A DNA stretch of 64,000 bases from Lachnospiraceae bacterium (GCA_963602445.1 CAVCIY010000026.1:1972-65971), one strand, 5' to 3'; numbered from the stretch's first letter, positions 1 to 10,185 are shown. The notes: generated by a model not told the origin, from the sequence alone. Translations and numbers: made by a program.

Positions 1-415
1 GGATTCTAAGTGCTGTGTCAGGATGTGCGGCGATAAGATCCTTCGGAAGACCTGCAGTCTCCTTTCCGAATAATATAAAGCCGCCTTCCTTATATGAAAC
101 ATCCGTATAGCAGACGCCCCCGTGAGTGGTTGCCAAAAAGAGCTTTTGATCGCCGTATTTTTCGAGAAAATCATCGAGACTTTCGTGAATCTCTATATCC
201 AGATGTGACCAATAATCAAGCCCTGCCCGTTTCAGTGACCTGTCGTCTATATTAAATCCGAGAGGCTTTACCAAGTGAAGCTTCACTCCCGTAATGGCAC
301 ATGTTCTGGAGATATTTCCGGTATTTGGCGGAATCTCCGGTTCGACAAGCACCACATGAAGTTTCCCACATTTATCTTTTTCCCATTCTTCCGTCAATTT
401 ATTCTCTTCAGCCAT
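1..415 (-). CDS. trmL: tRNA (cytidine/uridine-2'-O)-methyltransferase TrmL, SpoU/TrmH family. The C-terminus is cut by the window edge.
   Basis: I translated the minus strand by hand from the ATG at 415-413, which follows the RBS aaagaggaaa. The product is MAEENKLTEEWEKDKCGKLHVVLVEPEIPPNTGNISRTCAITGVKLHLVKPLGFNIDDRSLKRAGLDYW.., which carries the typical TrmL PEIPxNTGNI and RAGLDYW motifs. This ORF is absent from the ORF track because it runs off the window. Confidence 0.8.
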   Translation of the reverse strand, partial: MAEENKLTEEWEKDKCGKLHVVLVEPEIPPNTGNISRTCAITGVKLHLVKPLGFNIDDRSLKRAGLDYWSHLDIEIHESLDDFLEKYGDQKLFLATTHGGVCYTDVSYKEGGFILFGKETAGLPKDLIAAHPDTALRI

Positions 416-690
416 TATTTTTCCTCTTTTTCTTTAGTAAGCATGTTTTTTTATCGTCCCGTCATCCCCGAAAACTTTGCTTCTGAATCCCGTCGGGCTG
501 CGGCAAATACATTCTGATTTTTGTCTTTTACTTTATTTTTGGACAAAAATGCTGACGCAATTTGTAACTTATGGTAATATTATAAACGTATCGGCTGAGT
601 GAAGCAACCTTTTACGGTATCACCAAAAGCCGAATTTCAAAAAATATCACGGACTTGCGGCATCGTTCCGCAATCAAAAAGGAGAAAAAA

Positions 691-1194
691 ATGGCATTAT
701 TTCAGGACTGGACTGAGCTTTATGAAAATCAGACGCAGGCAACTTTCCAGACATTTTGGAAAGAATATTCAGACGCTGAAACCAAAATTTATCAGTCAAT
801 TCTCTCTGATACTTCCGTAAAGATGAGCGGCACTATATCGGAGAAGGCTGCCGAGTACGGTGTAAGAGAAGTTATCTTCATGGGATTTCTTGACGGCATA
901 AATGAAAGTCTCGTCACACCAAATGAATCTCTCGAGGAGATGACTCCGGAATCTTCATTTGAGCTTGATATCGATTTTGAGAAGCTTTACTTTAATATGC
1001 ACAAGGCTAAGGCTGATTATCTCTACACACTTCCCGAATGGGATTCTGTACTCACAGACGAGAAGCGTGAGGAGATTGAAAAGGAATATCGCAAGTCAGG
1101 CACTATTGTAAAGGGTCCTAAGATCGGCAGAAACGATCCGTGTCCGTGCGGCAGCGGCAAGAAGTACAAGAAATGCTGCGGAAAAAGTGCCTAA
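691..1194 (+). CDS. SEC-C metal-binding motif protein of unknown function
   Basis: The ORF is 655..1194. I prefer the internal ATG at 691, which follows aaaaggag. The C-terminus [19 protein letters not shown] is a SEC-C zinc-binding motif. Confidence 0.7.
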   Translation: MALFQDWTELYENQTQATFQTFWKEYSDAETKIYQSILSDTSVKMSGTISEKAAEYGVREVIFMGFLDGINESLVTPNESLEEMTPESSFELDIDFEKLYFNMHKAKADYLYTLPEWDSVLTDEKREEIEKEYRKSGTIVKGPKIGRNDPCPCGSGKKYKKCCGKSA

Positions 1195-1210
1195 GACAAT
1201 TTAAAAATAA

Positions 1211-1270
1211 TCCCGTATCCGTAAGTCACGATCAAAATCGACACATGACTCCCGGATACGGGATTTTTGT
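1211..1270 (+). terminator. Rho-independent terminator, probably bidirectional between the SEC-C gene and lysA
   Basis: Stem tcccgtatccg (1211-1221) pairs with cggatacggga (1253-1263) and is followed by tttttgtattttt. Confidence 0.6.
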
Positions 1271-1402
1271 ATTTTTATTTTCTATTGATGCTCCGGACAA
1301 ATGTCAAACATATCCTCAGCAATTATTTTTTTGAAGTTGTCCGGTCGAATCTTTGCGAATCACTGTTCCGGCCGCTGCCCATCCATGTATTTGCAAGGTT
1401 GC

Positions 1403-2662
1403 CTAGAGCTCAAGGCTTATCATGTCCTCGTATGTTTCTCTTCTTGCAGCAAGTCTCGATTTTCCATCCTTTATCATAACTACGGCAGGCTTCGGAAGTC
1501 TGTTGTAATTGCTTGCCATAGAGTGATTGTACGCACCTGTGCACAAAACTGCCACATGGTCTCCTATTTCAAGTTCAGGCAGAAGCGTATCCCATACGAG
1601 AATATCCCCTGACTCGCAGCATTTGCCGGCGATAGTCACTAGCTGGTCGTGCTCCTTGTCATGTTTTTCAACTGCTTCAGTCTCATATTCCGCACTGTAA
1701 AGCGCAGTGCGCGGATTGTCAGGCATGCCGCCGTCAACGCCTATATATGTGCGTCCCGCAGAACTGGTCTTTATCGAACAAACTTCATAGAGTGTGATAC
1801 CGGCTTCGCCCACGATCCATCTGCCGGGTTCAATTGTGACAGCAGGACGTCTCAGACCGTTTTCCTTGCTGAATTTTTCAACATATTCCATCACCGGATC
1901 CATAAAATATGATACCTTCGTGCACTCCGGATCCTTCGCATAATGCACTCCGAATCCGCCTCCGCAGTTGAGTTCCTCAGTCTCATATCCGAATTTTTCC
2001 TTAAGCTCAAGCACCATCTTCATGATAATCTTGGTCGCAAGAATATGAGATGAATTGTCATGAAGCTGAGACCCTACATGATAATGGAATCCTCTGAGGC
2101 GAATATGCTTTGCTGCAAGAGCCGCCTGAATGCCGCCGTTCAGAACTCCTTCAACCGATATTCCGAACTTTGAATCGATATGTCCTGTGGAGATATATGC
2201 GTGAGTATGGCTGTCGACACCCGGTGTGACTCTTATAAGTATCTCCACTGTCCTGTCGTATTCTGCAGCCAGTCTTTCAAGAATCTCAAGCTCCGATAAG
2301 CTGTCGACGATAATCGTTCCCACTCCCGCCTCGATTGCCTCACGAATTTCTCCCGGCGTCTTTGCGTTTCCGTGAAATTCTATTACAGACGGGTCTATGC
2401 CTGCCTTGAGTGCCGCATAAAGCTCACCTCCCGACACGACATCGACACCGAGACCCTCTGACTTCACAATCCTTAGAACTTCAAGAACCTGAAAAGCCTT
2501 GCTGGCGTAAACTGCCTTTGTATTTTCATATTTATCGAGAAAATCATGCTTTATCTCGCGGCATCTTTCTCTGATACAATCCTCCGAAACAACATATAAA
2601 GGCGTGCCGTATTCCTCTGCCAGCTTTGCCGTATCACATCCGTAAAATATATAATTTCCCAT
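1403..2662 (-). CDS. lysA: Diaminopimelate decarboxylase
   Basis: The 419 aa product has a PLP-dependent group IV decarboxylase layout (GTPLYV.., HYHVGSQ, CESGD). Confidence 0.9.
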   Translation of the reverse strand: MGNYIFYGCDTAKLAEEYGTPLYVVSEDCIRERCREIKHDFLDKYENTKAVYASKAFQVLEVLRIVKSEGLGVDVVSGGELYAALKAGIDPSVIEFHGNAKTPGEIREAIEAGVGTIIVDSLSELEILERLAAEYDRTVEILIRVTPGVDSHTHAYISTGHIDSKFGISVEGVLNGGIQAALAAKHIRLRGFHYHVGSQLHDNSSHILATKIIMKMVLELKEKFGYETEELNCGGGFGVHYAKDPECTKVSYFMDPVMEYVEKFSKENGLRRPAVTIEPGRWIVGEAGITLYEVCSIKTSSAGRTYIGVDGGMPDNPRTALYSAEYETEAVEKHDKEHDQLVTIAGKCCESGDILVWDTLLPELEIGDHVAVLCTGAYNHSMASNYNRLPKPAVVMIKDGKSRLAARRETYEDMISLEL

Positions 2663-2708
2663 AGCTTTCCCCTCGTCTTTTATTTAAAATAATATTTAAA
2701 AATATTTC

Positions 2709-2863
2709 CTTGTATTTTGCTTGCAGCATTTAATTTGCAGCATTTTCATTGTATTTTTTCTTGCTGCATTTAATTTGCAATTTTTCCCTTGCATTTTACT
2801 TGCGGCATTTAAATTGCGGATTCTCATTTGTATCTTACTTGCAGTACGCTAAAATCGCAGCGA
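2709..2863. repeat. Degenerate tandem repeat, about 39 bp x 4, in the lysA upstream spacer
   Basis: The units resemble ttgtattttgcttgcagcatttaatttgcagcatttt and recur head to tail with substitutions. Confidence 0.6.
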
Positions 2864-2875
2864 TCAATCGTAAGA

Positions 2876-3559
2876 TTAATCGTCATATGAAGGATAATCT
2901 CCGTATCCCGCTCTTTGCTTCGAGCCGTCAAGATGCTTCCTTACCATAGAAACACCAAGCTTCACATCTCTGTCCTGCAGTGCCTTGAGCATAGAATAAT
3001 GTTCCTCGAGAACTTCTTCCATATGGCTGTTGTCGCGCTTTTGGCCGACCTGGAACTGCTTTGTATAATATTGATAGCTTGTGAGAATATCTGTAAGGAG
3101 TCTGTTGTGTGAAGCTTCATATATAAGTTCGTGGAATCTGTTGTTCAGCTCTGCGGCTTTCTCATAATGTTTCTTCAGAGTATAAAATTCCATCTGCTCG
3201 TATATTTCCTGTATGCTTTCAAATTCCTCAGGAGTAATGCGCTCTATCGCCCATTTGAACGCAAGTATCTCATAAGCCTTACGCATTTCATACATATCAG
3301 CGATATCTCTTTCATCGAATCCAAGAACAAATGCTCCTCTGTTTGGAATCATGTCGAGAAGACCTTCCTGAGCAAGCAGGCGGAAAGCTTCTCTTACAGG
3401 TGTTCTGCTGACATTGTACAGATCACAGATTTTCTGCTCTGTCAGCTTTTCGCCGTTCTTAAGCTTTCCCTGAAGAATATCCTCTCTCAGTCTTATAAAA
3501 ATATTTATAGCAAGAGGAAGTCCGGATACAACATTTTCTTTTTCATTTTTGTAATACAT
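2876..3559 (-). CDS. GntR family transcriptional regulator (FadR/FCD subfamily)
   Basis: The N-terminal winged HTH is GEKLTEQKICDLYNVSRTPVREAFRLLAQEGLL. The C-terminus is helical and FCD-like. Confidence 0.85.
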   Translation of the reverse strand: MYYKNEKENVVSGLPLAINIFIRLREDILQGKLKNGEKLTEQKICDLYNVSRTPVREAFRLLAQEGLLDMIPNRGAFVLGFDERDIADMYEMRKAYEILAFKWAIERITPEEFESIQEIYEQMEFYTLKKHYEKAAELNNRFHELIYEASHNRLLTDILTSYQYYTKQFQVGQKRDNSHMEEVLEEHYSMLKALQDRDVKLGVSMVRKHLDGSKQRAGYGDYPSYDD

Positions 3560-3632
3560 ATAATTTACTGCCTCCTTTTACTTTTATTAACTCCTTTTAG
3601 CGCATACACGTTTAGCCGGGCGTTTTTATATA

Positions 3633-5549
3633 TTACTCGCTCTTAAGCATGTTAATCTTTCCGCCAAACCTGATCATCTTCTTTTCGAGTGACGAAAGAT
3701 TGTGTTTCATATTATAGCTTGCCCCCGTCGTAATATTCTTTACGATTATCTCGTCATTCTCAATCTGCTTTACAGGCTCCTCTATGATAAGCTCATCACC
3801 GAGCTTGATATCGTCATAATCTGCCTCATTTGCAAACACGAGCGGAATAATGCCGCTGTTTATGAGATTTGAACGATGGATTCGCGCAAATGACTTGGCC
3901 ATTACAATTCTCACTCCGAGATAAAGCGGAACAAGTGCAGCATGCTCTCTGCTTGAGCCCTGTCCGTAATTTTCTCCGCCTACGATAGCACACTGTCCTG
4001 CTTCCCTGCATCTTGCAGGAAATTGCTTATCAATCTTTTCAAAGCAATAGTTTGAAAGATGCGGTACGTTTGAGCGGTACGGAAGAATCCTGGAGTCAGA
4101 CGGCATGATGTCGTCTGTGGTAATATTGTCTCCCGCATGAAGAACAACGCTTACCTTCAGAGAATCCGATAAAGCTTCATTCAGAGGGAACGGCTTGATA
4201 TTAGGCCCCATGGCAACAGGCGTATTTTCCTTTGTACAGTTCGTAGGATAAATAATGAAATTGTCATTAAAATCAAAGTTTACAGGCTCGATTTCCTCAA
4301 GTTCTGTTCCGAATCCGGTGGTGAGTACTCCTTCAATCGCTGAAATTGCAGCAGTTTCAGGGCTCACAAGATAGATCAGTGCGTCATTTGTGCCGCTTCT
4401 GCCTTTAAAGTTTCTGTTGAATGTCCTTAGAGATACGCCTGCTGATTTTGGCGACTGGCCCATTCCTATACACGGACCGCACGCATTTTCAATAATTCTT
4501 GCGCCGGCGTTTATCATGTCGGCAAGAGCTCCGTTTGAGGCGAGTTTTGATAAAATTTTGCTCGATCCCGGTGAGATCACGAGACTGACATTTTCATTGA
4601 CCTTCTTGCCTTTAAGTATCTCTGCTACTTTCATAAGGTCGGCATATGAAGAATTTGTGCAGCTTCCGATTGCAACCTGATCAATTTTTATCCTGCCGAT
4701 ATTTTTTACAGAATCTACGTTGTCAGGGCTGTGCGGCATAGCTGCGAGAGGTTCGAGCTGCGAGAGATCTACCTTAAGAACCGAGTCGTATTTTGCGTCT
4801 TCATCTGCGCTCAGAGGTCTGAAATCAGCCCCTCTTCCCTGCGATTCCATATATTCTTTTGTATTTTCGTCACTTGGGAATATCGAAGTGGTTGCGCCAA
4901 GCTCCGCACCCATATTTGTAATGGTTGCTCTGTCGGTAACAGAGAGTGACTTGACACCTTCACCGGTATATTCCACAATCTTACCGACTCCCCCCTTTAC
5001 AGTAAGCTTTTGGAGGACATATAAAATGATATCCTTTGCGGAAACCCATGGTCTGAGCTTTCCCGTAAGCTCTACATTTATAACCTCAGGACATGTGAGA
5101 GAATAAGTGCCCTTAGCCATTGCAACTGCAACGTCCAGGCCTCCTGCACCTATTGCGATCATACCGATACCGCCGCCGGTAGGCGTATGGCTGTCAGAGC
5201 CTATAAGAGTCTTTCCCGGAATACCGAAGTTTTCAATATGCAAATGATGACAAATTCCGTTTCCCGGCTTAGAGAACAAAACCCCGTGTCTCTTTGCCAC
5301 ACTCTTGATAAATTCATGGTCATCAGCATTTTCAAATCCCGTCTGAAGAGTGTTGTGATCGATATAAGCTACAGAAAGCTCTGTCTTGATCTTATCGACG
5401 TCAAGAGCCTCAAGCTGAAGATAGACCATTGTGCCTGTCGAATCCTGAGTGAGAGTCTGGTCTATCTTAATCTTTATCTCTTCACCCGGAATCATTTTTC
5501 CTTCGACAAGATGTTCTTCAAGAATTTTGTACGCTAAAGTTTTCCCCAT
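3633..5549 (-). CDS. Aconitate hydratase (aconitase family, about 640 aa form)
   Basis: Aconitase motifs are present: GSDSHTPTGGG, IGSCTNSS, CGPCIG and the swivel-domain GENYGQGSSREHAA. The start is placed at MGKTLAYKIL (ATG 5549) after the RBS aagggggat. The longer ORF to 5615 lacks an RBS. Confidence 0.85.
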   Translation of the reverse strand: MGKTLAYKILEEHLVEGKMIPGEEIKIKIDQTLTQDSTGTMVYLQLEALDVDKIKTELSVAYIDHNTLQTGFENADDHEFIKSVAKRHGVLFSKPGNGICHHLHIENFGIPGKTLIGSDSHTPTGGGIGMIAIGAGGLDVAVAMAKGTYSLTCPEVINVELTGKLRPWVSAKDIILYVLQKLTVKGGVGKIVEYTGEGVKSLSVTDRATITNMGAELGATTSIFPSDENTKEYMESQGRGADFRPLSADEDAKYDSVLKVDLSQLEPLAAMPHSPDNVDSVKNIGRIKIDQVAIGSCTNSSYADLMKVAEILKGKKVNENVSLVISPGSSKILSKLASNGALADMINAGARIIENACGPCIGMGQSPKSAGVSLRTFNRNFKGRSGTNDALIYLVSPETAAISAIEGVLTTGFGTELEEIEPVNFDFNDNFIIYPTNCTKENTPVAMGPNIKPFPLNEALSDSLKVSVVLHAGDNITTDDIMPSDSRILPYRSNVPHLSNYCFEKIDKQFPARCREAGQCAIVGGENYGQGSSREHAALVPLYLGVRIVMAKSFARIHRSNLINSGIIPLVFANEADYDDIKLGDELIIEEPVKQIENDEIIVKNITTGASYNMKHNLSSLEKKMIRFGGKINMLKSE

Positions 5550-5633
5550 TGCAATATCCCCCTTCTTAAATTCGTTCTGAATAATATGATTAGCACATCT
5601 GTAACGTATCGGCAAAAGTCATACATCTGTAAT

Positions 5634-5760
5634 ACAGCAGCAAATGCAGTCGCATCCGGATTGCAGCAGTGAATGCAGTCGCATCCGAATCACAGCAGTG
5701 AATGCAATCGCATCTATATAGCAATAGCAAATGCAGTCGCATCCGGATCGCAGCAGTGAA
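5634..5760. repeat. Tandem repeat, 29 bp x about 4.4, upstream of the aconitase gene
   Basis: The unit gcagcag/aa tgaatgcagtcgcatccggat(t/c) repeats contiguously with point differences. Confidence 0.75.
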
Positions 5761-5989
5761 AGAATACAATCTTCACTTTTGAATACAAATATACACTTCG
5801 TCTATTTGTATACAATTATATTGCTAAAAAATGTTTTTGTAAATACCGTAAATACAATTAATCGCAATTTTTTTGACTGCTTAAAAAAAGACCCCCGACG
5901 GATATTTGTCGCCGAGGTGCCCCAAAATTACAACTTTTTGGGGCACCTCAGTATTTTTCTCGCCGGAGGTGCTCTTCAAATTTTTATCT

Positions 5990-8647
5990 TTACTTTCTCG
6001 TTATCTTTTCGTTTATTTTTACATTCTTTTCTTGATCGGCAGCAATAAATTCTCTGATCTGTCTGAGAACATCCTCAACTTCTTCTTCAAATTCTCTTGC
6101 CGACACTCTGAGAACGCCTGAGCTTAATGCCGACAGCTGAATAAGGGCGTCAGAAGTCACAACTCGTACATTATAATGAGGTCCTATCGAATCGGCAAGC
6201 TTCTGAATATACATATCACCTGTCTCGCGCTCCTCGGTAAAGACAATATGAATCCCGTTGCGATCAATCTTTTTTCTCTTTCCGCCCGCAACCTTATATG
6301 CGTCAAATACGAGTACAAGCTCACATCCCTTAAATGCTTTGTAATTTTCAAGTTTTTCTATAAGTTTTTCACGCGCATAATCTATGTCTGACTCAGCAAT
6401 TTTCTTAAGACTGCTCCATGAAAATACCATATTATAACCGTCAACAATCAGATATTCTTTCTTGCGTGCGGCAGTTTTTTGCTTTGGAATCTCCTCACTG
6501 TCCGGATCCGGCATGATAATATAAGATTCTTTTTTCCCGGAAGACGCACCTTGGACATCCGACCCGAATTCACGCTTCATAAAATCGTCAAGCACTCTCT
6601 CGTCATAATCATAATTGTTTTGATTTTCTATTGCGGGATGCATCTTTTTTGCCGCGTACGATCCATCAAAAGAGTCCTCCGTTGGCTCGAATTTCTCATC
6701 TTTCGGAAGATCGACACTAAGATGAGTATATTTGTCCACATCATACCACTTGACATTTTGACCTGCGCCATGCGAGCAAAATACCGAATCAGCTGTATTT
6801 GCGATGTCGCCTTGCGCATCATATCCGTAGGATTCTATTATTTTATCCTGATTGTGGCATGGTGCATATCCGCTCACTGTCAGACTTAGGCGGCCTTTTC
6901 CGTGCGAATAAGATGCTACCTCAGAGCTGTATCCTCTAAGCGTGGAAACAGGTGCGCTGCCCGTAATGACAGCCGTTTCCGCAAAACTTTCTTCTATTTC
7001 AAATGTTCCGTGTCTAAGCTTGATATCATTTACTGCTCTGCCGATATGCTCTGATGGAATCTCCAGCCTGAAGCTGTAAAAAGGCTCAAGCAGTGCGGCA
7101 TTTCCTGATGCCGCTGCTTTCATAAGACCTTGTCTTACTGCTCTGTAGACCGCCTGCCTGAAGTCGCCGCCTTCGGTATGCTTCTGATGTGCTCGTCCGG
7201 CGGCGATCGTAATTCTCATATCTGTGATAGGAGCCCCTATCAGCACGCCTTTGTGTGTCTTCTCCGCAAGATGCGTTATGATAAGGCGCTGCCAATTTCT
7301 GTCAAGGAGATCTTCACTGCATGCCGTCCTAAAGACGAGACCGCTTCCCCTGGGAAGAGGCTCCATCAAAAGATGAACCTCCGCATAATGGCGCAGCGGC
7401 TCAAAATGCCCGGCACCTAGCACAGGAGCGGTAATAGTCTCGCGATACATTATTTTGCCGTCAGTAAATTCTATGTCATAATCAAATCTCTCAGCCACGA
7501 TACTCTTCAGGATTTCTATCTGAATGTCTCCCATAATGTCAGCAAAAATCTGCTGAAGCTCTTCATTCCACTTTATATGCAGCATTGGTTCTTCTTCTTC
7601 GAGAATCTTAAGCTTTGACAAAACCGTCCTCACGTCGGCGCCATCAGGGATTTTGATTCTGTATGAAAGAACAGGCAAAGTCGCAGGATCCGACGCTCCG
7701 CTGTCCGTGCCCATACCCATGCCCGGATAAGTTTCTGTAAGGCCAGTCACTGTACAGATTGTCCCGGCTTTTACTGAATCTGCCGTCTCAAATTTATCTC
7801 CGGAATATAATCTTATCTGATTGACCTTTTCTTTCTTTTCCTCGCCCTTCTCATTCCTGTACGTGAGAAGATCCTTTACGCTGAGATTTCCGCCCGTTAC
7901 CCTCAGATGAGTCAGCCTTCCGCCTGTGTTGTCTCTGCCGATCTTAAAAACTCTGGCCCCGAAATCCGGGCCAAAATGCTGCGCAAGCGTATAACTTGAA
8001 ATTGCATCAAGAAAATCTTCTATGCCCTCCATCTTAAGAGCCGACCCCGAATAACACGGAAACATTTTGCGATTCAAAATCATTTCCGCAACCGAAAGAT
8101 CAGCAATCTCACCGCTTTCAAGATATTTTTCCATTATTTCATCGTCGCACAATGCGATATTTTCGTCTCGCTCGTCCGACTCCATGTCTACGCAGCTGTC
8201 TGAAAGATACTTTCTGATATCTTCCATTATTTTGAAATGATCCGCCCCGACAAGATCTGTCTTATTTATAAATATAAAGACCGGCACCTCGTAGCGCCTC
8301 AGAAGATCCCAAACTGTAGATGTATGCGACTGGACTCCATCTGTCGCGCTTATCACGAGAATAGCATAATCCATTACGGCTATCGCCCGCTCCATCTCCG
8401 CTGAAAAATCAGCATGTCCCGGTGTATCTATCAATGTCACCTCAAGGTCGCCGTAAGTAAACCTCGCCTGACTTGAAAATATAGTAATTCCCCTGCTCTT
8501 TTCGAGTAAATGAGTGTCAAGATGAGCATCCTTATGGTCAACTCTTCCAAGCTTTCTAATGGAGCCCGTCATATAAAGCATAGCTTCTGAAAGAGTCGTC
8601 TTTCCGCTGTCCACATGTGCCAAAATACCTGCTGTAATATGTCTCAT
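5990..8647 (-). CDS. Fusion protein: EF-G/TetM-like translational GTPase (N-terminal, about 650 aa) joined to a YacP/Rae1-like NYN ribonuclease domain (C-terminal, about 157 aa, nt 5990-6463)
   Basis: G motifs AHVDSGKTTL, DTPGH and NKTD are present, followed by EF-G-like domains II-V. The C-terminus LIVDGYNM..ELVLVFDAYKV..IHIVFT..VVTSDALIQ matches the pattern of B. subtilis YacP/Rae1. The start is ATG 8647 after gggaggtga. The reading frame is continuous with no stop between the two halves. Confidence 0.8.
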   Translation of the reverse strand: MRHITAGILAHVDSGKTTLSEAMLYMTGSIRKLGRVDHKDAHLDTHLLEKSRGITIFSSQARFTYGDLEVTLIDTPGHADFSAEMERAIAVMDYAILVISATDGVQSHTSTVWDLLRRYEVPVFIFINKTDLVGADHFKIMEDIRKYLSDSCVDMESDERDENIALCDDEIMEKYLESGEIADLSVAEMILNRKMFPCYSGSALKMEGIEDFLDAISSYTLAQHFGPDFGARVFKIGRDNTGGRLTHLRVTGGNLSVKDLLTYRNEKGEEKKEKVNQIRLYSGDKFETADSVKAGTICTVTGLTETYPGMGMGTDSGASDPATLPVLSYRIKIPDGADVRTVLSKLKILEEEEPMLHIKWNEELQQIFADIMGDIQIEILKSIVAERFDYDIEFTDGKIMYRETITAPVLGAGHFEPLRHYAEVHLLMEPLPRGSGLVFRTACSEDLLDRNWQRLIITHLAEKTHKGVLIGAPITDMRITIAAGRAHQKHTEGGDFRQAVYRAVRQGLMKAAASGNAALLEPFYSFRLEIPSEHIGRAVNDIKLRHGTFEIEESFAETAVITGSAPVSTLRGYSSEVASYSHGKGRLSLTVSGYAPCHNQDKIIESYGYDAQGDIANTADSVFCSHGAGQNVKWYDVDKYTHLSVDLPKDEKFEPTEDSFDGSYAAKKMHPAIENQNNYDYDERVLDDFMKREFGSDVQGASSGKKESYIIMPDPDSEEIPKQKTAARKKEYLIVDGYNMVFSWSSLKKIAESDIDYAREKLIEKLENYKAFKGCELVLVFDAYKVAGGKRKKIDRNGIHIVFTEERETGDMYIQKLADSIGPHYNVRVVTSDALIQLSALSSGVLRVSAREFEEEVEDVLRQIREFIAADQEKNVKINEKITRK

Positions 8648-8696
8648 CTCATCACCTCCCTGTATAATAATGCTGCAGTAAGTCAAGTGAAGTCAA

Positions 8697-9320
8697 TCAA
8701 AACGAAATCCATTCCCTGTCATCTGTCTTTGGCGTAATAATATAAATTGCCGGTGCCTTACTCGTCTGATTTATCATTTCTATAAAAGCAGTATGATACT
8801 TCGCGGCAGGAAGCTCGGAAAAAAACTTGCCGAGAGCTTTTGCCTCCAAAGCACCTGCCTCATGTCCTCTGTATACCGTAACCGAAACAATACCGTTGGT
8901 TTTTACAAGCCTAAGCGCCTGTTTTACTGCTCGAAGAGTGGTTTCAAACTCAGTTGTGATTTCTTTATTTTCGCCCGGCATATATCCAAGATTAAACACA
9001 AATGCCGAAATACCGCCCCGCAGCTTGGACAGATGCTTTTCGAGATTCACATGTGAATCAAGGATAAGATTAATTTCCGGTTTTGCGGAACATGCAGGCA
9101 TATTATTTTCTTCAAGAAGTTCGGCCGTCTTTTTCAAAGCCAGAGGCTGTATATCAAATGCAAATACTCTTCCGCTGCTTCCTACTGATTTTGCAAGCTC
9201 AAGCGTGTCAAAGCCGTTTCCCATGGTGCAGTCTGCAACAGTGTCGCCCTCACTTATATATGCCTTTACAATATACATGGCAAAAGACGTTGTCCTGACT
9301 ATAAGATTTTCATTTTTCAT
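8697..9320 (-). CDS. Class I SAM-dependent methyltransferase, YtqB/MnmM-like (putative rRNA/tRNA methylase family)
   Basis: The SAM-binding motif DCTMGNGFDT and the overall pattern resemble the YtqB family. Confidence 0.7.
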   Translation of the reverse strand: MKNENLIVRTTSFAMYIVKAYISEGDTVADCTMGNGFDTLELAKSVGSSGRVFAFDIQPLALKKTAELLEENNMPACSAKPEINLILDSHVNLEKHLSKLRGGISAFVFNLGYMPGENKEITTEFETTLRAVKQALRLVKTNGIVSVTVYRGHEAGALEAKALGKFFSELPAAKYHTAFIEMINQTSKAPAIYIITPKTDDREWISF

Positions 9321-9407
9321 ATGTAATCCGATTTATTTTATTATCTTAATTGTAATATTCAACTGATGTATTGACCTTCTTCAGCTGATGTTTTGGCTGA
9401 TAGCTTT

Positions 9408-10112
9408 TTATTTTAAATTTTTAAGATAAGCGATTTCATTCGAGGTCATCTTTCTGTACATGCCGGGTCTCAGATGAGCCATCTGAAGATTTCCTATCGC
9501 TGTCCTTTCCAGGTGAATCACCTTATGACCGAGAGCTTCAAACATGCGTCTCACCTGTCTGTTTTTTCCCTCGGTAATTTTGATTTTAACCAATGAGCTG
9601 CTGTCAGACTGACTGATAATTTCAACTTCGGCAGGCTTAGTGACATATCCGCCGATATCGATGCCTCTTTCGAGTCTCGCGGCTTCTCTGTTAAGAAAAA
9701 TCCCTGAAACCTCAGCTATATATGTCTTATAAAGCTTAGTCTTCGGGCTCGTCAGCTTATATGCAAGTTCGCCGTCATTTGTCATGATTAGCATGCCTGA
9801 TGTATTATAATCAAGCCTGCCGACCGGATATATGCGCTCCTTTATATCAGGCATGAGGTCCATAACAGATTCTCTTCCGTGCTCATCATCTACTGTGGTG
9901 ACACATCCCACCGGTTTGTTCAGAAGATAATATACCATTCGTTTTTCGGGCTTTATAACCGTGCCGTTTACTGAAACTATGTCGCCCTCCTGCACATCAT
10001 ATCCGCACTCGCATGCCGCACCGTTTACCTTTACCTTTCCGGCATTTATAAATTCATCTGCCTTTCTGCGCGAACATACGCCGCTGTGTGCTATATATTT
10101 ATTTAATCTCAT
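9408..10112 (-). CDS. rluB: Pseudouridine synthase, RsuA/RluB family, with an N-terminal S4 domain
   Basis: The S4 motif is MRLNKYIAHSGVCSRRKADEFI. The catalytic motif is VGRLDYNTSG. Confidence 0.85.
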   Translation of the reverse strand: MRLNKYIAHSGVCSRRKADEFINAGKVKVNGAACECGYDVQEGDIVSVNGTVIKPEKRMVYYLLNKPVGCVTTVDDEHGRESVMDLMPDIKERIYPVGRLDYNTSGMLIMTNDGELAYKLTSPKTKLYKTYIAEVSGIFLNREAARLERGIDIGGYVTKPAEVEIISQSDSSSLVKIKITEGKNRQVRRMFEALGHKVIHLERTAIGNLQMAHLRPGMYRKMTSNEIAYLKNLK

Positions 10113-10153
10113 TTTCAGACCTCATTTTATTGTTATCATTTTTTTAAATCTCA

Positions 10154-10185
10154 TTTGATTGCTGTCGGATTTGATTGCTGTCGGA
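10154..10185. repeat. Perfect 16-bp tandem duplication (tttgattgctgtcgga x2)
   Basis: Read directly from the sequence between the rluB start and the esterase stop. Confidence 0.8.

Noticed and set aside
275-517. Plus-strand ORFs 275..517 and 301..486
   Set aside because: They are antisense to the trmL N-terminus and overlap it. The trmL frame gives a clean SpoU-family sequence, and these ORFs give none.
2663-2875. A lysine riboswitch upstream of lysA
   Set aside because: The spacer is an AT-rich 39-bp tandem repeat. I could not find the conserved L-box helices or core sequences.
5990-8647. Calling the TetM-like GTPase a tetracycline-resistance (ribosomal protection) gene
   Set aside because: Membership of the EF-G/TetM superfamily cannot establish resistance from sequence alone. 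The protein has an extra NYN domain and a housekeeping context with no mobile element. I therefore do not call it an AMR determinant.
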